A DNA stretch of 64,000 nucleotides from Candidatus Hermodarchaeota archaeon (GCA_048885865.1 JBHLLF010000004.1:1-64000); one strand, 5' to 3'; numbered from the stretch's first letter, positions 19,328 through 28,616 are shown. The notes: generated by a model from the letters alone, not told the origin. Program-made: numbers and translations.

Positions 19328-19738
19328 ATGGTGTCACGGTCTCTCGAGAAGATGATCCTCATTGCAATTGGGTTGAGCACGGCGGTTATTATTGGAGTCC
19401 CAGTTCTTCTATATACTATAGATACACTTGGTAATGCGTCTCAGTTAGAGATGGCAGAGCAGTTCGCTGATAGGCTGCACAATCTAACTGAATTGGTAGA
19501 TAATGGGACTATGAATAGCACGTCCGTTGAGATCAATTTACCAGAGGGTGTATCGATCACATCCAACGGCGGGATTCTTACTGTTGCGTTTGAGAGACTC
19601 GGAGCCCCTTCTCAGTATTGGGATGAAACATACGGGCACTCAATTGTGTTGCAAGCGCCCTCGGAGCCAGGCGCTTATTATCTAGTGATTCAGTTGATTG
19701 GGAGCGAGATACACATATCCTTCATGCCTGTGACATAG
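19328..19738 (+). CDS. Pilin/archaellin-like membrane-anchored protein
   Basis: N-terminal SLE followed by hydrophobic helix; S..I.LPEG beta-rich C-terminus. Confidence 0.45.
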   Translation: MVSRSLEKMILIAIGLSTAVIIGVPVLLYTIDTLGNASQLEMAEQFADRLHNLTELVDNGTMNSTSVEINLPEGVSITSNGGILTVAFERLGAPSQYWDETYGHSIVLQAPSEPGAYYLVIQLIGSEIHISFMPVT

Positions 19739-19824
19739 CTAAAGGAACACTTCTTCCAACACAAGCTTTTTAATGCTGGCTCAAGTCTTCGCCGCCGATA
19801 CGCTCTAGAAGAGGTCTGAATCTA

Positions 19825-20880
19825 ATGGCGGAGGATTCCGAAAGGACTGATGACATGGCCGATGATGATGAGCAGCTTGATGAGATTGCTGAGGAAGAGA
19901 CAGCTGAAGAACAGCATGAGATCGATAAGCTTCCAAGAATCAGTCTGAAGAATCCTCTTGGTCTTATTCTCAACACAAGAATGCTGAGAAGAATTGTACA
20001 GATTCTTTTCTTCATAGGAATCAACATCTACATATTTGCGGCATGGTTTGGTGGAGAGCAAGTCATAGCCTTCTGGCAAGGTTTTCGTGATATGCTGCCC
20101 ACCATTCCGATTCTAGCTCCATTAGAAGGTTCATTTGCCGTTCTAGCTGGCACCTTTGACACAATTCAGCGGGAATTGACTAGTGGGTTCTTCCCATTCT
20201 TCACGATTGGCGCAATGATAATTATATTGACCATTCTAGGAAGATCAGCATGCGGATGGATTTGTCCAATAGGGACAGTTCAGGACTTTGCATCTTTGCC
20301 AAATAGAAGCAAAGTACGTCCAGCACCCGGAACTGAGAAAGAACTCCGTCGAATTAAGATGTACATCTTCGTCATCGTAGGTTTCTTAGCTGCATGGGTT
20401 GGAATTAGCACAGTTCTTGGGAATGAAGAGGCGCTGGTAGGTGTGCTAGGGGCTTTTGCATATGGAGCCTTTGATCCATTCAATCCAGCATACATAATCT
20501 TCGTAGAGTTTGCGAACCAGAACTGGCCAACGAGTCTTGAAACACTGTGGTATGTGACCCAATGGGAGTGGTTCATAGTTCAGTTCGCATTTGTCGTCCT
20601 GATTGTGATTGTCAGCTTCTGGATACCGAGATGGTTCTGTAGATGGATTTGTCCAGCTGGTTGGTTCTATGGAGTATTCTCAAGGTCGGCATTATTCAGC
20701 ATTGGAAGGAATCCAGCAAGATGTACTCCGGACACCTGCAATGTCTGTGAAGTAGTATGCCCAATGAACATCAGAATACGTAGGTTCCCGTACCAGCATA
20801 TGCACTCAGCAGACTGTATTTTATGCTTGGATTGCAGAAGCCACTGTCCAAACAATGCGATTGTCATTAGATTCTCATGA
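19825..20880 (+). CDS. NapH/MauN-type 4Fe-4S membrane polyferredoxin
   Basis: GRSACGWICPIG, RWFCRWICPAG, CxxCxxVCP and CILCLDCRSHCP; TM helices. Confidence 0.9.
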   Translation: MAEDSERTDDMADDDEQLDEIAEEETAEEQHEIDKLPRISLKNPLGLILNTRMLRRIVQILFFIGINIYIFAAWFGGEQVIAFWQGFRDMLPTIPILAPLEGSFAVLAGTFDTIQRELTSGFFPFFTIGAMIIILTILGRSACGWICPIGTVQDFASLPNRSKVRPAPGTEKELRRIKMYIFVIVGFLAAWVGISTVLGNEEALVGVLGAFAYGAFDPFNPAYIIFVEFANQNWPTSLETLWYVTQWEWFIVQFAFVVLIVIVSFWIPRWFCRWICPAGWFYGVFSRSALFSIGRNPARCTPDTCNVCEVVCPMNIRIRRFPYQHMHSADCILCLDCRSHCPNNAIVIRFS

Positions 20881-21234
20881 ATGACTACGGTCTTCTTCAC
20901 GACTCACTTGTTCAAAACTCTCTTGAACACTGGCAAAGAGGTCCATCAACTTGGACCCAAAATCGGTGATTCTTGCGCCTCCGCCACCTTCAGTACCTCC
21001 TTTGAAGGTCTCCAAGAGCTTCACTCCAAGTGTCTGCTCAATTTTCCTCACTACACCCCAAGCATAACGATATGACATACCTAGAGCCTTTGCTCCGGCG
21101 GTTATGGTTCCCTTATCCTGAATGCTCTTCAGAATAGCGTACGCTCCCGGACCAAATACGTATTCACCATCATACTCAAGCCATAACTTCCAGCTGGGCT
21201 TTAGTCTTGAGAACGCATCCTTTTCGGCGCTCAT
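20875..21234 (-). CDS. ModE-like winged-helix regulator
   Basis: FGPG...L..I...GTI..GAKALGMSYRYAW, GG..GGGA.IT. Confidence 0.9.
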   Translation of the reverse strand: MSAEKDAFSRLKPSWKLWLEYDGEYVFGPGAYAILKSIQDKGTITAGAKALGMSYRYAWGVVRKIEQTLGVKLLETFKGGTEGGGGARITDFGSKLMDLFASVQESFEQVSREEDRSHS

Positions 21235-21284
21235 TTCTTTGATACCTTGTGAATAGTTGGACGGACTTGCTGATAAGACAATTG

Positions 21285-21512
21285 TTAGGGACCCCAACGC
21301 ATGCGCTCAGGTTTTGTATCCTTCTTGAAAGCCTTCTTGACTATCTTCCAATGATCTGAGCAGAGGTATGTCTTGCGCGACCGTGCATCCTTCACCTTCA
21401 GACCAGACTTGGTTACACTCTCAGTTATCCTTACTGTGGCAAAGGATCTTTTGTAGGGATTGTTACAGCCAGCGATGCTGCAGGTCTTCTTTGTTGTCGA
21501 CAAGTTCCTCAC
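21285..21512 (-). CDS. Small basic Zn-finger-like archaeal protein
   Basis: CSIAGC...YLCSDH. Confidence 0.65.
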   Translation of the reverse strand: MRNLSTTKKTCSIAGCNNPYKRSFATVRITESVTKSGLKVKDARSRKTYLCSDHWKIVKKAFKKDTKPERMRWGP

Positions 21513-21555
21513 TTCATCAGCAGGTCGGACATCTATTCATTATAACTATGACGGA

Positions 21556-22557
21556 CTAGGAGATATCATTCGTTCCGACTTTTGGGATCAATAGTGGTCC
21601 TTTGGAATAATCAAACATAATCCCTTCCTCAGAGGCAATTCGCAGCCGAAGTGATGTGTCGTCGTCAACAAGTCCAATTTTGGCAGCGGTCATATCGTGT
21701 GTTTCTGCAATCTTCATGATGCGATCCAGATTCGATTCTGACACAGCTACTAGGAACCCTAGCGATATGTACATGCGAATCCAGTCATTCAGTTCTATGG
21801 ATTGGGGGCGTATCGCATCTACGGCATCTAGATCAATGATGCCCCCCTTCCCTGAGTACTCTAGCATCATTCCTGCTGTACCTACTAGTCCAGCGACGGA
21901 TATGTCCTTTGAGGCGTTTAGCAGGTTTTTGCTTGCTAGCTCGTTCATTACTGTTAGTCTCTTAACGATATGCTCAGAACTTTGTCCAGTCACTGAGTCC
22001 CAACCAAGCTGGTAGCTAGCTCCCCTTTGCCCAGCACTATCAAAGAGTAGGACTAGGGCGTCGCCTGATTCGGCTCCTCCTGAGGTCAGAAGGTGATCCT
22101 TACGAACCGTTCCTGTGGCGGATCCAACAACATAAGTCACACGAGATTGCGGACTTGTATGCCCTCGTACAATGGGAACTCTAAATGACTGAGAACCATC
22201 AATTAGCCCCTCCAGTAATTGCTCGCCTATGTTGGCGTCTGAGTAGGAAAGAGCAACTGCAAAAGATGTGGGAGTGCCTCCAGCCGCATAGATGTCCATG
22301 ACAGTTGCTAAAACTGCATTGAAACCTGCCGCTCGAGGATGGTTCAAACACAACTCTTCTACAATTGCATCTGTGGTTAGAAGGACTATGTCATCACTAC
22401 CAGTACTAATTGCAGCAGAATCCTCACCAAGTCCATGCTCCTGTGTTCCATTGTACGATGCAGATCTGAGTTTCCCAATTATAGCGGGTAGAACATACTT
22501 GCGAGATATACCCTCGAATTCATTCAAGACCCGTATGATATCCTCGAGCTCTGTCAA
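21556..22557 (-). CDS. AIR synthase/SelD-fold protein (methanogenesis marker 2 / sll0787-like)
   Basis: FEGISRK, GEDSAAI, DIYAAGG.P, PIV.GHT, KDIS.AG.VGT.GM.LEYSG.G. Confidence 0.8.
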   Translation of the reverse strand: MTELEDIIRVLNEFEGISRKYVLPAIIGKLRSASYNGTQEHGLGEDSAAISTGSDDIVLLTTDAIVEELCLNHPRAAGFNAVLATVMDIYAAGGTPTSFAVALSYSDANIGEQLLEGLIDGSQSFRVPIVRGHTSPQSRVTYVVGSATGTVRKDHLLTSGGAESGDALVLLFDSAGQRGASYQLGWDSVTGQSSEHIVKRLTVMNELASKNLLNASKDISVAGLVGTAGMMLEYSGKGGIIDLDAVDAIRPQSIELNDWIRMYISLGFLVAVSESNLDRIMKIAETHDMTAAKIGLVDDDTSLRLRIASEEGIMFDYSKGPLLIPKVGTNDIS

Positions 22558-22585
22558 GAGGAATCACTCAAGTGAAATCGCAATA

Positions 22586-22711
22586 TCACGGTGGCCCTAG
22601 GAAGCCAATCGCGAAGGCAGCCTGTCCCAGAATAATCCCTATGCCGAGCATGGATAGTCCAATCATGAGATAGATTAGTGCTCTCATTTCAGGACGCACT
22701 TCATCAAACAC
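22586..22711 (-). CDS. Unannotated 41-aa single-TM micro-protein MFDEVRPEMRALIYLMIGLSMLGIGIILGQAAFAIGFLGPP
   Basis: GTG start after AAGGTGA SD; fills the gap; same strand as neighbours. Confidence 0.6.
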   Translation of the reverse strand: MFDEVRPEMRALIYLMIGLSMLGIGIILGQAAFAIGFLGPP

Positions 22712-22788
22712 TTCGATTCACCTTCGCTGAATGCGGTGACTTGCGTGTTGCTTATAGACATTACGGGCCACTCAATCAAAGTGAGTTG

Positions 22789-23145
22789 CTAAGACATTCT
22801 TCTTCCACTGATCTCTTTCTGAAACTTTTCTGGAATGCCGTCATCCATATCACTGCTGTAGTCTTCAATCTGCTCCGGGCCCAATAGAGACGCGCGGGAC
22901 TTGTCGAAGCCTCTGCATTTTCCATCACCAGTCATTCTGCGATCAATGCAGACACCATACATACACCAAGGGCCATCGCACTCATCATCCACCCAAGCAC
23001 ACCAGACGGTTTTGCTCTCACCTTTGCCGCGAAGTTGCAGTTCACTTGGCTTGCGATCGCACCTGAACTTCTTGCACTGCGCCGTGCAATCTGAAAGACT
23101 AAGAGCCATTGCATTCAGTCTCCTCGAAACTGTTCGGTCAGTCAC
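22789..23145 (-). CDS. Cys-rich hypothetical protein
   Basis: C..QC..FRC...C.W..DEC....C.Y..C.......G.C; ATGA-coupled to the upstream gene. Confidence 0.7.
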   Translation of the reverse strand: MTDRTVSRRLNAMALSLSDCTAQCKKFRCDRKPSELQLRGKGESKTVWCAWVDDECDGPWCMYGVCIDRRMTGDGKCRGFDKSRASLLGPEQIEDYSSDMDDGIPEKFQKEISGRRMS

Positions 23146-23933
23146 ATCTTCTTTGCATTCTCTATGATCTCATCCAGCATTTCTCTCGCTACTTCAAGAA
23201 CCATAAGGGACCTCTCGATTCTAGCTTTTGCGTCATCATACGTACTCGCAGACATATCGCCCATCTTGTATTTGGCATCAAGCCTACTGCTGTCCTTCTC
23301 GATACTACGGCGGGCCTTCTTCATACTCTTGTGCCATTTCTCTGCCATCTTTATGGAATTCTTCAGTTCCTTTTTCAAAGCCTTTAGAGTCGCTATGAGT
23401 TGTTCACGCTGTTCCTTGTAGATTGCAGAGTCCAGTGAGTCTTCAGCCGCATCTAGTTTGGCAAGCTTCTCCTCATGCTCCTTAAAGCTTGCATGGACTT
23501 TCTCCAATGCTAGCTTCCCAGTGCCGCTAGATAGCTCCTCTCGTCTGGCTTTTGTTCTATCAAAAGCCGCTCTAAGCTGCTCCGCCCTGGCTGTCAGGAG
23601 AGCTTTATCAGAATGCTGCAATTGAAGTGCCTGCCTTGTGGACTGAATCTGCTTAATCAGGAGATCTAGGTCCCTTTGAATGATGCTGAGTTCGGCTTTA
23701 GACATTATTCTTGTAAATGCAAGTTTGTCCATCTCCGGAACAGTGATTGCAAAATCAGGAAGATTAGGCGGCACATCTTCTTCTGGAATTAATGGCGGTG
23801 GAATCTCAGGAGGTGATTCTTTTGAAATCCTTGCAGGAGGAGCGACGATAAGACTTTCTCCGCAGGATTTGCAAAAACGTCCGATAGGGACGACCGAATT
23901 GCACGAGGGACACTCGATATATTCGTCAGACAT
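23142..23933 (-). CDS. Zn-ribbon, Pro-rich linker and CdvA-like coiled-coil protein
   Basis: CPSC...FCKSCG; heptad repeats; LDAKYKMGDMS..TY. Confidence 0.6.
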   Translation of the reverse strand: MSDEYIECPSCNSVVPIGRFCKSCGESLIVAPPARISKESPPEIPPPLIPEEDVPPNLPDFAITVPEMDKLAFTRIMSKAELSIIQRDLDLLIKQIQSTRQALQLQHSDKALLTARAEQLRAAFDRTKARREELSSGTGKLALEKVHASFKEHEEKLAKLDAAEDSLDSAIYKEQREQLIATLKALKKELKNSIKMAEKWHKSMKKARRSIEKDSSRLDAKYKMGDMSASTYDDAKARIERSLMVLEVAREMLDEIIENAKKM

Positions 23934-23992
23934 CGTCCGGCTCCGCCCTATGCAGAGTTGAGTTAGTAACGTGTTTTCGACCCAAAAACGAT

Positions 23993-24310
23993 CTATGCTA
24001 GTTCTCCAAGGCGAGCAGCGGCTTCGTCTAGCTTGCCCTTGGTTGAAACAATGGTGTCAGCACCATACTGTGGCAAGACCTTCAGCTCCTCGACAATAAG
24101 GGCTAGTGCTTTCTTAGGCGAATGCTCCTTAGTGTCTAGAGAGCCATCAGGAAATGTCAGTGACGCCTCAACCCATTTGTCTTGTGTTTCGTCAGCTGGA
24201 AACATGATATAGATGTAATCTTCATTGCTGCAAATGAAGGAAGGAGTATGTTCCCATGCCTTTGCAAGCAATGCACCGAAGGTCTTTGCGTTCTCAGCCT
24301 TATCTGCCAT
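23993..24310 (-). CDS. Hypothetical protein
   Basis: 105-aa ORF with GAGGGTGA SD. Confidence 0.7.
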   Translation of the reverse strand: MADKAENAKTFGALLAKAWEHTPSFICSNEDYIYIMFPADETQDKWVEASLTFPDGSLDTKEHSPKKALALIVEELKVLPQYGADTIVSTKGKLDEAAARLGELA

Positions 24311-24388
24311 TCAGAAATCACCCTCATGGACTGGATGAGTTGACAAACGGTTTATTTTTGGCACTTATTTGTTTTCCTCATTTATCTG

Positions 24389-24961
24389 TCAAGGGCGGTG
24401 CCAGACAAAGCTATAGTAGGCAATCTCTCCGCTCTCCTTCACCGTGGCGATGATGAATTTCTTTCTGACACTTGATGCGAGCCGTCCAGCTCTGACGATA
24501 TCCAGCGGAACTACTCCCTTTCTCTGAGGAATCACATGGATCAGAAATGGTGCGTGATCCTTGCCAGGCCCATGCTCGTAAACTGCAAAGTCCGTTCCAA
24601 ACTTGAGCCCCGGCCGGATAATATAGCCTAGCTGACGAACCTCAGAATACACAAGATACTTGTCATGAAAATCAGAGGATATTTCCTCTCCCAAGGACAG
24701 AATCTCCTCCAAGGTCAGCACATGGTTCCCTGGCGTCCTAGTGACTTGAATACGCCCTATATCGGTGAGATAAGCACACTCGATCAGAGAGAGTTCAAGT
24801 GGCTTATCGAAGACCGGAGACTTTGGCTTTCTTATGCCAACAGGCTGGCCGAAATATCCCTCAGAATACAGAGCCATACCATGGTCCGGATTCCAGACAA
24901 TTGCTCTGTCACCTATTAGCTCAGCAGAGGCAATCTCAACAGATTCAGACAACAGTTGCAC
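24389..24961 (-). CDS. endA: tRNA-splicing endonuclease, catalytic subunit
   Basis: LSLIE..YL, GLKFG.DFAVY..GPG.DHAPF, RLA.SVRK (Y/H/K triad). Confidence 0.93.
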   Translation of the reverse strand: MQLLSESVEIASAELIGDRAIVWNPDHGMALYSEGYFGQPVGIRKPKSPVFDKPLELSLIECAYLTDIGRIQVTRTPGNHVLTLEEILSLGEEISSDFHDKYLVYSEVRQLGYIIRPGLKFGTDFAVYEHGPGKDHAPFLIHVIPQRKGVVPLDIVRAGRLASSVRKKFIIATVKESGEIAYYSFVWHRP

Positions 24962-24967
24962 CGACTC

Positions 24968-25630
24968 TCATGTGTTCAATGTGAGTGAAAGACCGCGGAT
25001 TGTAATAGCTGCATCTTCACTTAAGTTTGCAATCTCTTCCATCGTATTGATGAAGTCGCGAAATCTAAGAAGAATTGCCAAATCGACATTCATTGGATAT
25101 ACTAGGGTCACAATCTTTCTCTGTACGATGTCAATCTCTTTCTCGAGTCTGCAAATCTCATCGGCTTTTTCTATAGATTTCTCGATATTTATCGATAGGA
25201 ATCTGACAGCTTCTCTCTGCTGCGTGATCTCTTCCGTGACGAGTCTTCCAAGCTCGGCGATGCTTTCCTTCAATTCGCCTTCCGGTGTCCATGAATTGAT
25301 GACTTCAGCAAGATGATAGCACGCGATTTCAGCGCCATCAATTAGCTTGTCATTGTAATGAACCAAACGTAGAAGGTCTTCTCTCTGCATCAAAGAGTTG
25401 GCTTTTGATAGCTCATCAAGGATGCTGCGTTTGAGGGCATCTCCCTTTTCCTCAAGGTCTGTAATCTTCTTCAAATCCTCTGGGTCAACGGCTTTATTCT
25501 CCTCGAGCCAATCAACCATGGCATTCCTGACAATCTTGATTGCTGACAAAGCCAATCGAAAGTGTTCCTCGAACATTTGAGTAAGTCGTGCAAGTTCAGA
25601 ACTCATAAATCTGCCATTGTCCAAGACCAT
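24968..25630 (-). CDS. DUF47 / PhoU-like phosphate transport regulator
   Basis: LEE.GD..KR.I, REDLL.L, EK..D, IAN.SEDAA. Confidence 0.85.
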   Translation of the reverse strand: MVLDNGRFMSSELARLTQMFEEHFRLALSAIKIVRNAMVDWLEENKAVDPEDLKKITDLEEKGDALKRSILDELSKANSLMQREDLLRLVHYNDKLIDGAEIACYHLAEVINSWTPEGELKESIAELGRLVTEEITQQREAVRFLSINIEKSIEKADEICRLEKEIDIVQRKIVTLVYPMNVDLAILLRFRDFINTMEEIANLSEDAAITIRGLSLTLNT

Positions 25631-25719
25631 TATCTCGCATCCTGCTATTGAGCTGTGCTTTCGGCTTTGAGTTAGCCTTTTAATTGTTTAGTACAAAGCG
25701 GACAAGAGCGGACAATCTT

Positions 25720-26511
25720 ATGGAACTGTGGCATGTTATTGTAGCATTAATCCAGGGTTTGGTTGAGTGGCTACCCATCAGCAGTGAAGGTCAAGTTGTG
25801 TTATTTGTGTACAACATCGGGTCCGTTCCGCAGAGCGAAATAGTGAGCTTAGTCGCTTGGCTACACCTCGGCACCACACTTGCCGTCTTGGCACGCTATC
25901 CTAGAGTGGTCTTTGAGGTTTTGACCCTAAAGGACCGCATGCTCTTCAGACTGCTTCTGATTGCAACAATCAGTACTGCTGTCACTGCTATCCCATTCTA
26001 TCTATTCCTTAAGCAGAGTTTGTCAGTCATTCATGGAGAAATTATGAATATATTAGTAGGAGGCCTGCTTTTAGTGACCGCTATTGTTCTATACTTACCC
26101 ACACGGGGAGCAAAAGATTCAGTTCTGAAGACTGAAGAGCCTGGAGAGCGTGAGGCTACAGTGACAGGTCTAGTTCAGGGATTGGCTGTACTTCCTGGAT
26201 TAAGTAGATCTGGAGTGACCATTTCTGCTCTATTGATGCAAAAAGTTGACAGAGAAACTGCTCTGAGATTCAGCTTTCTAATGAGTGTGCCAGCTGTGAT
26301 TGGCATTCTCATCGTTGAGATTATTACGGGAAACACAATTCCTCCTTCAATTGGATTCATAGATTTGATATTCGTGGAGGCGATTGTCTTCATTACCGGT
26401 TTCCTATCAATGGAAACCCTGCTAAGAATAGCACGAAATGTCAGTTTTTGGAAGCTATGCCTAATACTGGCTCTAGTTGCAATTATCTTCGGAATTCCAG
26501 CTTTATTATAA
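25720..26511 (+). CDS. uppP: Undecaprenyl-diphosphate phosphatase (BacA family)
   Basis: QGLVEWLPISSEG, LHLGT, QGLAVLPGLSRSGVT, FSFLMSVPA. Confidence 0.92.
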   Translation: MELWHVIVALIQGLVEWLPISSEGQVVLFVYNIGSVPQSEIVSLVAWLHLGTTLAVLARYPRVVFEVLTLKDRMLFRLLLIATISTAVTAIPFYLFLKQSLSVIHGEIMNILVGGLLLVTAIVLYLPTRGAKDSVLKTEEPGEREATVTGLVQGLAVLPGLSRSGVTISALLMQKVDRETALRFSFLMSVPAVIGILIVEIITGNTIPPSIGFIDLIFVEAIVFITGFLSMETLLRIARNVSFWKLCLILALVAIIFGIPALL

Positions 26512-27231
26512 CTGATCGGACCGCTTCTGGAACATCATTGCAATGGGGGCATTGGCCTTCCGCCACTCTGCTAGCTTGCCTTCATAGTCCAAGGGTATTG
26601 GATGCCTACCATGATTTCCTATCACTATGAACAGCGTCCCCACCCTTGCCTGTTTTAACAACACCTTCACCCAGTTGTCAGTTCTTCGTACAATCTTCTC
26701 AAGAAGTGTCTTGGGTGGAGTTCTGTGACCATACTGAGCGTAGAGACTCTCAAAGTCGAGAAAGTGGAGATAGAGTACTTCTGTCTTGAATATGTGCTTC
26801 GTCGCCTCAATATATGTCGCCATATCGTCACGCTTGTGCACCGTGATACCTGAATCAAAACCGAGGGCATCTGTGTCCTCTTCTCTGCAAATCAGTTTTA
26901 CAGACTTCCCATAGTTGCGAGCATGCCTCATGACATGAAAGCCATCCAAGGGGCGAAGCAAAGCTGTCATCAGAGGGATTGCATAGGGATCATCAGTTTC
27001 AATCAATGCAAGCGCCTCTAGATTCTTTATCATAGCCTCGGGCTTGTAGACCACTGCCTCAAAAAGTCCAAAGTTGTCGATGATGACCATGACAACTGCA
27101 GAGGGATTGAACTTTGCTAGTATCTCTGCATTTGGTGGCGGCATTCCCTCAGGAGGAGATATTCCCATCAATCGGATAATGGTGGATGGAAATTCGAGTG
27201 CTGAAGTCCTTACTTGTGGGAAGGATGACAT
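26506..27231 (-). CDS. Alkaline-phosphatase-superfamily-like protein, degenerate
   Basis: VVMVIIDNFG and FIVIGNHG resemble the DG.G and DHG motifs. Confidence 0.5.
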   Translation of the reverse strand: MSSFPQVRTSALEFPSTIIRLMGISPPEGMPPPNAEILAKFNPSAVVMVIIDNFGLFEAVVYKPEAMIKNLEALALIETDDPYAIPLMTALLRPLDGFHVMRHARNYGKSVKLICREEDTDALGFDSGITVHKRDDMATYIEATKHIFKTEVLYLHFLDFESLYAQYGHRTPPKTLLEKIVRRTDNWVKVLLKQARVGTLFIVIGNHGRHPIPLDYEGKLAEWRKANAPIAMMFQKRSDQL

Positions 27232-27392
27232 AGAGATATCCTCAGAGTTTGCGCTTTTTGGGGGGCTCAGACGTGATGAGACTCCTTGTCCTACGTCATT
27301 AGATATTGCGCGCTTATACTTATGCATGGTGTTTCTGGATACATGGAAGCATTAATAGACTGACACGAGCCTGTGCCGCCAGAGGTCAGGGA

Positions 27393-28352
27393 ATGACAAT
27401 AAAGGATATCGTCTTCAATGATAACATCAAGTTCATCCTATCAGGTGGAAAGGGTGGAGTTGGCAAAACTAGTTGTGCAGGTGCAATGGCACTTCTTTCA
27501 GCGAGACATGGATTTCGAACTCTAGTGATGTCCACAGATCCTGCTCATAGTCTGAGTGATAGCTTTGATCAGGACCTTTCAGGCGGGGAGATAATTGAGA
27601 TCAAAGGAGTGAAGAATCTCTGGGGAATGGAAATCGACACTGCGAAAGGCATGCAGGAATTTCAGACGTCGATAGGAGATGGCGTGGCTGGACCAGAATT
27701 GGAAATGGCATCACAGCTTGTTGGAGATATCGGTGCAATGTCACCTCCTGGCTCAGACGAAGCTATGGCATTTGGAAAGATGCTGGAGTTTCTTGAAGAC
27801 ACATCCTACGATAGAGTAATCTTCGATACAGCACCGACAGGACACACCTTGAAGCTTCTAGAACTGCCTGATCTACTAGATAGCTGGCTTGGAAGAATGC
27901 TCACTCTACGACAGAGATTGAGTTCCATGATGTCAGGACTAAGGGCAATGTTCGGAGGTGGTGCTCAGGACGAGTCATCCTGGGAGATGTTGCAGCGTAC
28001 AAAAGACAAGATCCTTGCTGCAAGAATACAGCTATCTGATCCTGAGATGACTCAGTTCGCAATTGTGATGATACCAGAAGCAATGGCTGTGTTTGAAACC
28101 CAAAGACTACTGGGGAGTCTTCACAGTTGGAACATTCCAGCTAGCAACATAATTGTGAATCAACTTGTACCTCCCAATCCCGACTGTGTCTTCTGCAGCA
28201 CAAGAAGAGAGATGCAACAATCTAATATGGTGGATATCAAGGACCTCTACAAGGACCTTGATATAACAGAAGTGCCTCTATTCGACAAAGAGATTCGAGG
28301 CATTGATGGGCTCACAGAGCTAGGCAAGATTCTCATTGGAGAAGAGCAATAA
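27393..28352 (+). CDS. Get3/TRC40/ArsA family ATPase, Get3-like
   Basis: GGKGGVGKT, TDPAHSL, DTAPTGH, Met-rich insert, CVFC. Confidence 0.93.
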   Translation: MTIKDIVFNDNIKFILSGGKGGVGKTSCAGAMALLSARHGFRTLVMSTDPAHSLSDSFDQDLSGGEIIEIKGVKNLWGMEIDTAKGMQEFQTSIGDGVAGPELEMASQLVGDIGAMSPPGSDEAMAFGKMLEFLEDTSYDRVIFDTAPTGHTLKLLELPDLLDSWLGRMLTLRQRLSSMMSGLRAMFGGGAQDESSWEMLQRTKDKILAARIQLSDPEMTQFAIVMIPEAMAVFETQRLLGSLHSWNIPASNIIVNQLVPPNPDCVFCSTRREMQQSNMVDIKDLYKDLDITEVPLFDKEIRGIDGLTELGKILIGEEQ

Positions 28353-28450
28353 TGAGACGGTCACTAAGACTCAAGATTGGAGCTGCACTCTTCATATTCC
28401 TATTTCTGGCATCAGCAATTGCGGCGATTTACCTGTTGTATAAGCCTTGA
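28352..28450 (+). CDS. Unannotated 32-aa membrane micro-protein MRRSLRLKIGAALFIFLFLASAIAAIYLLYKP
   Basis: TAATG overlap with the Get3 stop, GGAG upstream; basic N-terminus plus one TM helix. Confidence 0.6.
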   Translation: MRRSLRLKIGAALFIFLFLASAIAAIYLLYKP

Positions 28451-28472
28451 ACTCGATTCAGGACAGAATGAA

Positions 28473-28616
28473 TTAGACTCCCTTTACTCTCTTTACAACA
28501 GGTGGACGAATCTTGTATAGAATTCGGCCTCCACAGTATGGACATTTCACACCTGGAAGAGTCTTCAAACCTTCGGGAGTGACCTCTTTGTGACAGCTAT
28601 GGCAAATGTAGACCAT
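28473..28616 (-). CDS. rpoP: RNA polymerase subunit Rpo12 (P)
   Basis: YICHSC...VKCPYCGGRILYKIRP. Confidence 0.92.
   Translation of the reverse strand: MVYICHSCHKEVTPEGLKTLPGVKCPYCGGRILYKIRPPVVKRVKGV

Noticed and set aside
22568-22588. Read-through of the micro-ORF TGA giving PP-U-YC
   Set aside because: No SECIS evidence, and a second TGA follows five codons later
22558-22600. In-frame TGA just upstream of the AIR-synthase-like gene (possible Sec-SelD)
   Set aside because: It is part of the GAGTGA SD; the upstream frame hits TAG with no start codon and no SelD motif
25697-25715. Tandem AGCGGACAA repeat upstream of uppP
   Set aside because: Only two short copies; could be chance
27393-28352. 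Arsenic-resistance ArsA annotation
   Set aside because: Single domain with a Get3-type insert and CxxC; no arsB/arsD/acr3 nearby
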